64,000 nucleotides of DNA, taken from positions 157,982 through 221,981 of the forward strand of contig JBBFKW010000005.1 in the NCBI GenBank assembly GCA_037481835.1, written 5' to 3'. The notes beneath the pieces were generated by a model. That model worked only from the letters and a program-made list of their open reading frames with translations, did not search any database and was not told the DNA's origin. This document shows, piece by piece, positions 46,101 through 54,363 of the stretch. Numbering within the stretch: position 1 is the stretch's first letter; every line of letters starts with the position of its first letter. Both the position numbers and the translations under genes were made by a program. The DNA is from Desulfosoma sp. Lineage in GTDB: Bacteria; Desulfobacterota; Syntrophobacteria; Syntrophobacterales; DSM-9756.

Positions 46101-46422
46101 GCACGCACTCGAGGCGGACCGGGAGAGCACCGCACTGAACGTCGCCAAGACCAACAAGGCGGCCTTCCTCGAACGCTACCAGCTCGATTTCCGGAGCGAG
46201 ACGACCGTTGAGGGCGCTCTGGCCCGCGATCTGTTCGTGGCCGTCAAACGGCTGTCCAAGGATTTCGGTCTGTCCTTCAACATGAACTCGGTGCAGCAGT
46301 TCGCCCAGCGGTTCTCGAACGACCTGGACACCATCCGCCAGGCCGGGTTCGAGATCGTCGTCAACCGATCGGAACATTCCATCCGGCGCACCGCCACCTA
46401 CGACATCACCTACCTCGTCTGA
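43102..46422 (+). CDS. DnaG-type primase (zinc finger plus TOPRIM) fused to a P-loop helicase-like domain
   Basis: CPNH..WYCFGC, ITEGVTD, CQDND-like CQDNE, DVND; GPAGSGKTT, IVLDN. Confidence 0.88.
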   Translation: MAFERQDNVREYYRRITEVDIGAVARELLGAHVLHESDRLLQCDCPNHSSQSHRSLHVMLDKQGWYCFGCGVGGDVLQLVEFIQSGRVTRGRSGPMPESHQRARDYLAAKVGLPSLAKHGLSPEELAEAETQRLVELRVHEVLTALAEHYHGRLKDNPEVLEWLRSKYGLSVETVDRLRIGYADNDGDEGIVRKLTCKERGFSPRDLAASGAFRPTNQDGLDPFFDRRIVFPYWSRGRVVFMIGRKTPWTPDKPWEQGKYKKLPVHDENTRKHIAPCIDNSHLYNEDCLLADPERLIITEGVTDCISLMEHGFPAVSPVTVRIREADWERLLPRLRNVKTVYVCQDNEISQAGLNGALKTAAVLSEHRIQTRLAVLPLDERRENARRELRERFGLDAAVGARELTKRLDGRTKEEIREAERLLSEAKIDVNDYFVAGHSAQDFEELLAKAETPLEFGISHLPTDVSEEERNRLLEPILREAAYLTPLEQNRHLKLVQERFGKTGLSLATLREQVRAVQKEQRSKARQERKREKRSSDASPGSCRARIEEVLLATEEERGSPDFTLAAEAAYEWFAAHGARFFRTPQGEPFMFFEDTILWMDTPDRGRKRLYASLMYKHTGMVQTTGGGRIFYEVLSNLAVERGQVREHFSWLHTDVARETVYFNLNNTDHEIAKITPEGVEILKNGGNADGVILDGSRKMAPIRFLPEAEPAEADRLLVELLLDNLTCAPGDRVLILSWLSCFLLIDFAGTRPMTRFEGPAGSGKTTASKLISALLYGEPQQKKSTDAANYTDGSQNPLIVLDNIEVKQMTEDLTTFILTSITGIAKEKRKSGTDTETVIERTKCLLNTTGIEPLGGELAEILSRSFIIRFDMDEQASDCFLEAKILAALREHRDLIVSSLMKRTSHLLAMLRAGAQEKVMRLLHRSLGNHSKRRCNDYLSLMYLMMLAGERQEVIDRALEELHPQFVSRIATLNSVSLETARESNPIATCLAALFKAYRHALEADRESTALNVAKTNKAAFLERYQLDFRSETTVEGALARDLFVAVKRLSKDFGLSFNMNSVQQFAQRFSNDLDTIRQAGFEIVVNRSEHSIRRTATYDITYLV

Positions 46423-46448
46423 TCCTTTCCCCTGACGATGCTCTCCTG

Positions 46449-46771
46449 TGCGAAGGGTACCCTTCGCAAACCGCGAAGGACCTTCGCACCCGTAAACATC
46501 GTCATATCAAGCTGTTGCGGCGACACTGCGAAGGTGCGAAGGGTTTCAGGGGTTCACCCCCCTTACTCAGGAAAAAATATCGCGTGCCGTGACCCCGTGT
46601 CTCCCGACGGACCACCGGTTGTTTTTTCGGTCCGCGCGGGAGTGACACCCTCTACATCCTTCGCACCTTCGCATTCTTTATTCATATCTACCAGCAATAT
46701 CAATCATCTACAGCACCGCGAAGGCTCCTGCGAAGGTTCGAACCGCATTCATCGACCTTCGCACCTTCGCA
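46449..46771. repeat. Cluster of 12 (T)GCGAAGG/CCTTCGC(A) repeats; probable phage replication origin
   Basis: Copies in direct and inverted pairs around an AT-rich patch, directly after the primase-helicase. Confidence 0.75.
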
Positions 46772-46774
46772 TCC

Positions 46775-46804
46775 CGACGGCAGGGACCCCGCTCCGGTAG
46801 GTAT
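46775..46804 (+). promoter_or_regulatory. Phage bipartite motif copy 3
   Basis: CGAC-N14-TCCGGTAGGTAT. Confidence 0.7.
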
Positions 46805-46841
46805 CCCATGAAACGGAAACCACCCGATTGGAGCAGGGAAC

Positions 46842-47699
46842 GTGAGCCTTCTCGAACTCATGATGCAACAGACCGCCGGAGGATCGGCCCCGGTCGATAC
46901 GAGCAACCCGTCGGTCGATGTCTCCAAGCCGGAGACATCGGAACCGGCTGAGCGCAACGGTCCGCAGGAAACCGCCGATTCCGACGGCACCGCCCTCTAT
47001 GCGGCCACGAATCTGGACTCCTGGGAAACCGACAAACCTCGATACTTCGCGCGGGACGTGGGCATGGACGGCGTCTGCTATCGCCGTCTGGACCCGGAAT
47101 ACTACGCTTGGCTCCGGCACAAGATGGCGCTGGCCAAAAAAGCGCTGGAGGCAGGACGACTCGATTCCGCCGCCTTCGACGGATTGCGAACCCGCTTCAA
47201 CGACATCCATGCATGGGCCGTCGCACGTTTCGGTGAGAACGAGCTTCTCGCCGCCGTTCGGAGCCTCGACCTCAAGACCTATCCGCCGCCGGCGATTGAC
47301 CCGGCCGCCCAGAGTCGTCCCGCTTGTGCCGCACCCATCTGTCCGGTTGCATGTCCCTCTGGACCGGCTGTCGAGCAATACCTTTACCCCAAGGACGGGG
47401 AGTGGCGTTTCACGGAGAAGGTCCCGCAATCGGCCATCGACAAGGTCGATGCCGTCCGGGACCAGGCGCTTTCCCTCGGCTGGTCCGAGGCGCGGCTCTA
47501 TCAGAACCGGGGACGGTTCCGCTTCCCCTGCGGCGAGGACTACGGTCTCGTCTGTTTCGTCGATGCCAACGAACGCATCGGCCAAGTGACCCGGCAGTAC
47601 ATCGAGATCATCGGTCCGCCACCGCGGGAGAACCGCCTTCGTTTTCACAACCCGGATGTGGATCAACCATGGCTCAAGAAAACGAATCCAGAAACATGA
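46842..47699 (+). CDS. Hypothetical protein
   Basis: 285-aa ORF downstream of motif copy 3. Confidence 0.7.
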   Translation: MSLLELMMQQTAGGSAPVDTSNPSVDVSKPETSEPAERNGPQETADSDGTALYAATNLDSWETDKPRYFARDVGMDGVCYRRLDPEYYAWLRHKMALAKKALEAGRLDSAAFDGLRTRFNDIHAWAVARFGENELLAAVRSLDLKTYPPPAIDPAAQSRPACAAPICPVACPSGPAVEQYLYPKDGEWRFTEKVPQSAIDKVDAVRDQALSLGWSEARLYQNRGRFRFPCGEDYGLVCFVDANERIGQVTRQYIEIIGPPPRENRLRFHNPDVDQPWLKKTNPET

Positions 47700-47962
47700 A
47701 ACGTCCCTACGCCAACGCCAGGGACGTCCTGCCGTCCGAGGTGCTCGACACCGTCCGGCAGCATTTCACCGGTCTCCTCTGGGTGCCGAGTGACGTGGGC
47801 TTCTACGAGGAACGCCGCAAGTTCGTGCTGGCGCTCAAGGGACAAGGCGTGCCTACCCGCGAAATCGCCCGGTTGTCCGGCGTGACACCCCGCCGGGTGC
47901 GCCAGATCGTGGCTCAGAGCCGCGAGGAATCCATCCCGACGCATCGCGATCCGCTCCGGTAG
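47696..47962 (+). CDS. Mor/CD3324-like transcription activator
   Basis: YANARDVLP..GLLWVP then HTH TREIARLSGVTPRRVRQIV. Confidence 0.7.
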   Translation: MKRPYANARDVLPSEVLDTVRQHFTGLLWVPSDVGFYEERRKFVLALKGQGVPTREIARLSGVTPRRVRQIVAQSREESIPTHRDPLR

Positions 47963-47966
47963 GTAT
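47937..47966 (+). promoter_or_regulatory. Phage bipartite motif copy 4
   Basis: CGAC-N14-TCCGGTAGGTAT, overlapping the TAG stop of the Mor-like gene. Confidence 0.7.
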
Positions 47967-48046
47967 CGAGGGGGGTTCCCCTGAAGAGGGCGAAATTCGC
48001 CTTCCGCCCCGAACTCCGAGATGCCGAAACGAAAAACGCGGTGATC

Positions 48047-48577
48047 ATGGCAGACGACAAGGCCCAAGACAGGATCGGAAAACACGACGCGGGTCAGCTC
48101 AAACGCTGGCACCGCAACGCCGCGCCCGAGCAGGAGGTCCGCAAGACCGCCAAAGCGCGGACCGGCAGCGGCGCAGTCCCTGGCAACCAGAACAGCCTGC
48201 GCCACGGCATTTACGCCGACCGCTTCCTCTCCCCGGAGGAGCGTCCTCTCTTCGAGGCCATCATCGGCCAGCTCTACCAGGACTTCGTGTTCAACAAGAG
48301 CTCGGACTTCATGCAGGTCGAGTTGGTTGCGGTCTACTTCCTCAAGCTGGGCCGGGCGCAGGAGTCCGGCGACTGGGACGCAGCCGAGCGGCTGGACCGA
48401 ATGATCCGCTGTCACCTCAAGGACCTCAAGGCCACCAAGATCGCCCGTGAGGGCGAAGCGTCCCAGGGACCGGAGACGACGCCGGCGGAGTGGGCCACGG
48501 CTCTCATTGAGAAGCTGGCGGAGTCGCAGAAAAAACCGGCCAGGAAAACGACCGCGGGAGGGAAAACGCGTAAATGA
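48047..48577 (+). CDS. Probable terminase small subunit
   Basis: GAVPGNQNSLRHGIY motif; upstream of terL. Confidence 0.65.
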   Translation: MADDKAQDRIGKHDAGQLKRWHRNAAPEQEVRKTAKARTGSGAVPGNQNSLRHGIYADRFLSPEERPLFEAIIGQLYQDFVFNKSSDFMQVELVAVYFLKLGRAQESGDWDAAERLDRMIRCHLKDLKATKIAREGEASQGPETTPAEWATALIEKLAESQKKPARKTTAGGKTRK

Positions 48578-48648
48578 GGTCGGATAACACCATCGCCCGC
48601 CATGCAGCGACCCGCGAAACACGCGGACTTGCGGCGCTTCGCCCGCCG

Positions 48649-48682
48649 GGAATGTCGGATAAGACGTGTTCTCTGACATTCC
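48649..48682. other. dif/lox-like recombination site
   Basis: ATGTCGGATAA-GACGTG-TTCTCTGACAT: 11-bp arms (9/11 symmetric), 6-bp spacer, near the 3' end of the tyrosine recombinase. Confidence 0.65.
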
Positions 48683-48888
48683 GAAGCCGCCGGTCACCGG
48701 AAGGTTCTCTCAATCAATGCTTCCGCCCAGCTCCCGAAGGCTCCGATGCTGCCCGCATCATTGCCTGCGGATGTGTTCGGGGACGCGACTGTAGGCGGAC
48801 TGTCTCTTTCCTCTGTCATTGCCTGTCCGAAGGCGGGAATGGAAAAGCGGCCCGGGTGGACCGCTTGGCTTCCATGGGCGGCGGCGGA

Positions 48889-49848
48889 TCAGAGGCGCTC
48901 GAGGGCGTCCTCCAGCGCGCCGTCCACGAGGTGGGTATATACCTGGGTGGTCGACAGGTCCCGGTGACCGAGGGCCCGCTGGACCACCAGGATATCTCCG
49001 GTCCGGCTGTAGAGGTGGGTGGCGAAGGTATGCCGCAGCGCATGCGGACTGAGTTTCTTGTCGATGCCCGCGGCCTTGAGCCAATACTGGAGCCGCCTGG
49101 CCACCTGCCGCTCGCAGAGCCGCTCCCCGCGGTTGGAGAGGAACAAAGCCCGGCATTCGCCGTCGCCCCGGCGTCGGCGCTCGACCAGGTAACTCCGCAA
49201 GAGGGAGCGCAGAGTGGACTTTAGAAACTTCACTTGCGGGACGGAGCCCTTGGCGAGCACGCGGAGATGCTTGGCGTCGAGGTCCACGTCCTCGATGTCA
49301 AGGTCGACGAGTTCCTGCAGCCGGATGCCGGTCCCGAGGAAGACCTCGATGATGACGCGGTCCCGGACCGCCAAGGAGGATGCCCTGCCGCGAAGTTCCT
49401 TGAGCAGACGGCGCTTCTCGGCCTCGGTCAGAAACTTGGGGGGAGTCCGGGGAAGCCTGCGAAGGGTCAACGACCCGGCCGGATTCTCCCGGACGATCCC
49501 GTTCCGCTCGGCCCAAGTGAAGAACGACCGGACGGCCGCCTTGAACCGGTGCATGGACGCCGGCGAGCGGACGCCGCCTCCGGCCGAGGTCATCACCTGC
49601 GGTGAGGTCAGCGCCTCGTCGATCATGGGGCTGGTCACCTCCTCCGGGACGATCCCCGGATGCCTCCGGAGGATCGCATCTGACAAGTACGAGAGGTCGC
49701 GCAGGTACGCGCTGATGGTGTTCTCCGAACGCCCTTCAGCCGTGAGCCTTCTGCCGAAGGCTTCGAAGGCGTCATCAAAACCACGTCCCGGCGGGACGGG
49801 TTCAGGACTGCTCAACAGCCGGAGACTCGATGGCGTCGTGTTCGTCAT
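48889..49848 (-). CDS. XerC-like tyrosine recombinase
   Basis: GIR, AKG, HALRH, LGH, QVYTH: catalytic residues intact. Confidence 0.93.
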   Translation of the reverse strand: MTNTTPSSLRLLSSPEPVPPGRGFDDAFEAFGRRLTAEGRSENTISAYLRDLSYLSDAILRRHPGIVPEEVTSPMIDEALTSPQVMTSAGGGVRSPASMHRFKAAVRSFFTWAERNGIVRENPAGSLTLRRLPRTPPKFLTEAEKRRLLKELRGRASSLAVRDRVIIEVFLGTGIRLQELVDLDIEDVDLDAKHLRVLAKGSVPQVKFLKSTLRSLLRSYLVERRRRGDGECRALFLSNRGERLCERQVARRLQYWLKAAGIDKKLSPHALRHTFATHLYSRTGDILVVQRALGHRDLSTTQVYTHLVDGALEDALERL

Positions 49849-50203
49849 TACGCTCTCCTCCTTTCTTGGCGCTGCGGCCCATGGGCGTGTCCTTGGGCAG
49901 GGGCAGCTTGTCGATGCGGCCGGTATCCTTGGCCCAGATCAGAAACATGCGGAGCACCCGCTTGGTCTTTTCGACCGTGGGCGCAGAGCGCTCCCGCCCG
50001 TTGGGCAGCTTGAGCAGCGCATCGGACTTGAAGAATTTTCCCACGTGCGGAATGAGGACGCTGGACAGCTTGCGCTCCGCACCGAAGAAGGCTTCGATCT
50101 GCTCGAAGTCCTTGCCGTAGGTGTAGAGCGTCCGCTCCTTCTTCCCCTGGGTCCGCAGGTGTTCCAGATAGGCCTGTGCGGCCTGATGCAGGGTCTCGTT
50201 CAT
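49802..50203 (-). CDS. Stand-alone integrase core-binding (SAM-like) domain protein
   Basis: YLEHLRTQGKKERTLYTY..SAPTVEKTKRVLRMFLIWA; no catalytic domain. Confidence 0.7.
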   Translation of the reverse strand: MNETLHQAAQAYLEHLRTQGKKERTLYTYGKDFEQIEAFFGAERKLSSVLIPHVGKFFKSDALLKLPNGRERSAPTVEKTKRVLRMFLIWAKDTGRIDKLPLPKDTPMGRSAKKGGERNDEHDAIESPAVEQS

Positions 50204-50421
50204 GATTCGTTCTCCTTTCGTTCGTTGAGTTCAGGTTTCCCGATCCGGAAGGTCTCGGGGTCGAAAACGCGCATTCGGCACCTCCTTTCAAACGGCTCAA
50301 GTCCTTGTAATTCAAGGCTCTACGCACATTCACATACAGGCTTCGTGTGCGCCGGAAGTCAAGGCGTTCCATGCACATTCCAGAGAAACAATCAGGCCCC
50401 GGGCGGGCCGGGAGGGGAATC

Positions 50422-50709
50422 ATGAGAAGACAGGTCGAAACGATCCTGAAGGCGCTGTTGGCGGCGAGTCTGGCGGCATCCCTGCTGGGTTGCGCCGCTG
50501 CCAGGCCGCCTCAGCGGATTCAGGACGCCATTCACACGGCGAACCGCTACATGCCGGAGTACGTGGCAGAGGCCAACAAGGCCCTGGCCGACGCGGAGCA
50601 CCCGGACCGGGAGCGCCTGGCCGGCATCGGTGACCGCCTGGCCGGGGTATTGGACGCCCTGGACCGTTGGGCGTCGGGGCAGGAAACGCCGGAGGGGGAC
50701 AAGAAATGA
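50422..50709 (+). CDS. Small lipoprotein
   Basis: Signal peptide with lipobox LLG-C. Confidence 0.7.
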   Translation: MRRQVETILKALLAASLAASLLGCAAARPPQRIQDAIHTANRYMPEYVAEANKALADAEHPDRERLAGIGDRLAGVLDALDRWASGQETPEGDKK

Positions 50710-50984
50710 AGGAAATCCTGGAAAGGAACAGCGAGGCCGTCCGCGAGGCGGGACGGCAACTGGTCGAGCTCGGCGCAGAGCTGGCTGCCGGGAAGATCGA
50801 CGATGCCCTGGCCCGGCTCGATACCGCCCGGCAGCCTTACCCCGAGTGGGAGGAGCTCGATCAAGCCGCGGCTGATATCGAAGGGGTGATCCGCGACCGC
50901 GAAGGGATGTTCGCTGTCCAGCACATTCTGGCCGAAATCGTCGGCACGGTCCTCGGGTCGGTCTTGAGGTCGAGGCTGCCCTGA
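50706..50984 (+). CDS. Small hypothetical protein
   Basis: Translationally coupled to both neighbours. Confidence 0.65.
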   Translation: MKEILERNSEAVREAGRQLVELGAELAAGKIDDALARLDTARQPYPEWEELDQAAADIEGVIRDREGMFAVQHILAEIVGTVLGSVLRSRLP

Positions 50985-52510
50985 TGGCCCGGATATCCGC
51001 TAAGGAGCGCAAACTGGCGGAGACCCTGGCGGACCCGGTCCTCTGGGGACAGGGATACCTGCGCAACCGCGACGGGGGACAACGGGTCTACTGGCCGCAC
51101 CAAGCCGAGGACCTGCTCTGCCCGGACAGGAATATCATCCACCTCGACGGGCGCGACGTGGGCAAGAGCGTTTGCATCACCACCGACGCCCTGCATTTCG
51201 CCTTCACGAGCCGCGGCTGCCAGGGGCTCGTCGCCGCACCACACCAGGGACATCTCGACACGCTGATCGAGGAGATCGAGTTCCAGCTCGACGCCAACCC
51301 GGACCTCATGGTCAGCGTGGCTCTCACCAAGTACGGCAAGCCCAAGATTCACCGCAAACCATATTTCCGACTCGAATTCACCAACGGCGCGATCCTCTAC
51401 TTCCGTCCCGCCGGGGCTTACGGCGACGCTTTCCGCTCGCTGCATGTGGACCGGGTCTGGGTGGACGAAGGGGCGTGGCTCACCGAGCGGGCCTGGAAAG
51501 CCCTGCGTCAGTGCCTGAAGTCGGGCGGCAGACTGCGCATCTATTCGACGCCCAACGGGCTGCGTGACACGACCTATTACCGCTTGACCGGCTCGACCCA
51601 GTTCCGGGTGTTCCGCTGGCCTTCCTGGCTGCACCCGGCGTGGACCCAGGAGCGCGAGGCCGAGCTGCTGGAGTTCTACGGCGGACGGGACAGCGCGGGC
51701 TGGCAGCACGAGGTGGCCGGCGAACACGGCAAGCCTTCCTACGGCGCGTTCAACATCGAGCACCTCAATCTCTGCCGACAGGATGTGGTCGAGTACCAGA
51801 AGGTCGTCGTCACCGGCGAGGAACTGCGCGGCTGCGCCACCGAGGAGGAATCCCACGACCGCCTGGAGATGCTGCTCAATCTCATGCCGCGGACCGGCGT
51901 CTTCTGGATCGGCGGAGACCTGGGCTACACCAACGACCCGACGGAGATCGTCGTGTTCCAGGAGATCGAACTGCCCGAGCGCAGGATCGCCAAGCTGGTC
52001 CTGCGGGTCCGCATGGAGCACGTTGCCTATCCCCACATCGCCCAGACCATCGCGCTTCTGGACCGGTATTACACAGCCGCAGGCATCGGCGTGGACAACG
52101 GCGGCAACGGAATGGCCGTCGTTCAGGAACTGCTGACCCTAGACAAGTACAAAGACCTGGCTCTTCAGGGGCGGCTGCGCGGTTATGACTTCGGGGGCAT
52201 GACCACCTTGGCCGTGCGCGACGGCCACGAGGTCAGGAAGCGGACCAAGGAATTCATGACCAGCCTTATCGCCGGGGCGCTCCAGCGACGTCAGCTTGTA
52301 TTCCCCATCGACGACCTGGAGATCGAGGATCAGTTCACCACCCACACCTACACGCTGCACGACGGGCGCATCGTTTATTCCAAGGGCAATGACCACGTCA
52401 TCGACGCCGTGCGCTGCGCCATGCTGGCCCGGGAGCAGTCCACCCTCAACCAGGTGGGTGAGGAGACGGTTTCCTTGGTGCCGCTGACGACCGACCCGGT
52501 CTTTATCTGA
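50984..52510 (+). CDS. Terminase large subunit
   Basis: Walker A GRDVGKS, Walker B VWVDE, STP, nuclease GGDLG ... DHVIDA. Confidence 0.88.
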   Translation: MARISAKERKLAETLADPVLWGQGYLRNRDGGQRVYWPHQAEDLLCPDRNIIHLDGRDVGKSVCITTDALHFAFTSRGCQGLVAAPHQGHLDTLIEEIEFQLDANPDLMVSVALTKYGKPKIHRKPYFRLEFTNGAILYFRPAGAYGDAFRSLHVDRVWVDEGAWLTERAWKALRQCLKSGGRLRIYSTPNGLRDTTYYRLTGSTQFRVFRWPSWLHPAWTQEREAELLEFYGGRDSAGWQHEVAGEHGKPSYGAFNIEHLNLCRQDVVEYQKVVVTGEELRGCATEEESHDRLEMLLNLMPRTGVFWIGGDLGYTNDPTEIVVFQEIELPERRIAKLVLRVRMEHVAYPHIAQTIALLDRYYTAAGIGVDNGGNGMAVVQELLTLDKYKDLALQGRLRGYDFGGMTTLAVRDGHEVRKRTKEFMTSLIAGALQRRQLVFPIDDLEIEDQFTTHTYTLHDGRIVYSKGNDHVIDAVRCAMLAREQSTLNQVGEETVSLVPLTTDPVFI

Positions 52511-52653
52511 AGTACATGAACAAAGCCCCCGCGGTTCTTCGTGGAGGTGTTCGACTTGACGATAATGTGCAAAACCCAGGTTTTCCTCTGGGTTCACCGT
52601 GTCAAGGTCAAGTGTTGCCGACTCCCGCTGCCACTACCGAACAGCCCGCCCAC

Positions 52654-52683
52654 CGACGTTCCTTCCCCGCCTCCGGTAGATAA
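52654..52683 (+). promoter_or_regulatory. Phage bipartite motif copy 5 (variant)
   Basis: CGAC-N14-TCCGGTAGATAA upstream of the portal gene. Confidence 0.65.
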
Positions 52684-52758
52684 CCCCAGGGGCGGGCTTT
52701 CCCCGCCACACGGCGCGAATGTCGCGCCCACAAGGGCAAGAAACCGAGAGGACCCCCG

Positions 52759-54363
52759 GTGGAAACACGATCCAATCCGACATCCGACAACCCGGCATCC
52801 GGATCGGGCGCTGAGCCGACGCCGCTTTCAGCGGACGGTCTGGTGCTCGTTCCTCTGGCAGCCGCCGCGGCCTTGGACCCGTCCGTGTTCAGCAAGGTCA
52901 ACGCCTCCGAAGCGATCCCGGCCTCCTGGGAGGACCGGGCGCGCAAGGCCTGGGAGTACTACCTCGAAGAACCGCTGGTGAAGAACTGCGTCAACTCCTG
53001 GCGCACCTTCGCCGTGGGCGAAGAAATCAAGATCGCGGGCGATGACGAGAAGGTGAAATGGGAGGCCGTGGATGTCGCCGACCGCCTGAACGTCTCCGAG
53101 TTCGTCAAGGACATGATTCTCCAACTCCTGGTTAAAGGCGACGCCGTCGGATTCAAACGCTACACCAAGGACGGCAAGGACCTGGAGGAACTGGTCTGCG
53201 TCAACCCGGTTTCGGTCAAGGTCAAGTACGCTCAAGGTCGGCTCGTCGAAGCCCGGCAGACGCCGGAAGACAATCCCGCCGCGGACGAGGGGCTGGACCT
53301 ACCCGTGGAGCAGGTGCTCCATCTCAAGTGGGACGCGCCGGCCTTCTCGCCACGGGGCAACTCGCTCGTCCTTCCCGCGTTCCAGTCCATCGAACTTCTG
53401 CGCGATTACCGCCGGGCCGAACAGGCCATCGCCAAGCGCTGGGCCACGCCTTTCAGGCTTCTCAAGGTCGGCGGCGCGTTCGGCCAGAAGATGGTCATGC
53501 CCGATCAGAAGATGCTGGAGCAGGTCCGGGACATGGTCAACAAGATGGACCTCAAGAGCGGCTTGGTCGTCCCCTTCTACGTCACGGTCGAGACCCACGG
53601 CACCGAGGGGCAGGTCCTCAACGTCGAGGAAAAGGTCAAGGAAGTGAAGGAGGACATCGTCGTGGCGCTCGGCCTCTCGCGGTCGCTGGTGACCGGGGAC
53701 GGCCCGAACTTCGCCACGGCATCGGTGAGTCTCCAGAAGATGCTGGTGATGATCCGGGAGATCAAGCAGGCCGCCCGGATCATCCTGAACTGGATATTCA
53801 ACGACTGGCTGGAGCTCAAAGGCTGGGATGACAAGACGCTCCAGTTCCTGTTCAACGACCTCGATCCCTCGGACGCGGTCGATTTCAAGCGCCTGCTCAT
53901 CGATCTCTACGACCGTAAGCTCATCAGCCGGTCGAGCCTGCAACTGAAGATGGACCTCGACCCTGACATCGAGGCCGCCAACCGGGAGACCGAGAAGCGC
54001 TCGGTGGACATGCTCGACGAAAAGCAGATCAAGCCCATCGTCGATATGGTGACCGCCGGGATCATGGGCGTCGAGACGGCGCAGGAGATGCTCGGCCTCG
54101 ACCCGGCGAAGAACCCGGCTGGGAGCCGCGCCGAGGCATCGTGGGCCGGACCGTTCGCCCGCGCAAGCGTCGCCGCCGTCTGCGACGACTGCGCGCATTT
54201 CGACGGCGATCTCAACCACTGCCGGGTCCAACGAAACGAAACCACCTTCGATACACCGGTCTGCCGTTTCTTCGACCCAAAGACCGCCGCGATGGAACGC
54301 GGCTCCGACCGGGAGAAGGAACCGACGTCCCGGCAGGCGGCGTGCCGGGAGTGCGGGGGATGA
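52759..54363 (+). CDS. Portal protein
   Basis: Between terL and MuF; EQVLHLK..RGNSL, IVVALGL..NFATA portal-like pattern. Confidence 0.8.
   Translation: METRSNPTSDNPASGSGAEPTPLSADGLVLVPLAAAAALDPSVFSKVNASEAIPASWEDRARKAWEYYLEEPLVKNCVNSWRTFAVGEEIKIAGDDEKVKWEAVDVADRLNVSEFVKDMILQLLVKGDAVGFKRYTKDGKDLEELVCVNPVSVKVKYAQGRLVEARQTPEDNPAADEGLDLPVEQVLHLKWDAPAFSPRGNSLVLPAFQSIELLRDYRRAEQAIAKRWATPFRLLKVGGAFGQKMVMPDQKMLEQVRDMVNKMDLKSGLVVPFYVTVETHGTEGQVLNVEEKVKEVKEDIVVALGLSRSLVTGDGPNFATASVSLQKMLVMIREIKQAARIILNWIFNDWLELKGWDDKTLQFLFNDLDPSDAVDFKRLLIDLYDRKLISRSSLQLKMDLDPDIEAANRETEKRSVDMLDEKQIKPIVDMVTAGIMGVETAQEMLGLDPAKNPAGSRAEASWAGPFARASVAAVCDDCAHFDGDLNHCRVQRNETTFDTPVCRFFDPKTAAMERGSDREKEPTSRQAACRECGG

Noticed and set aside
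46449..46771. Repeat cluster as a CRISPR array
   Set aside because: Repeats are 7-8 nt, in both orientations and irregularly spaced
48574..49224. 216-aa plus-strand ORF
   Set aside because: Overlaps the dif-like site and the recombinase antisense; no recognisable features
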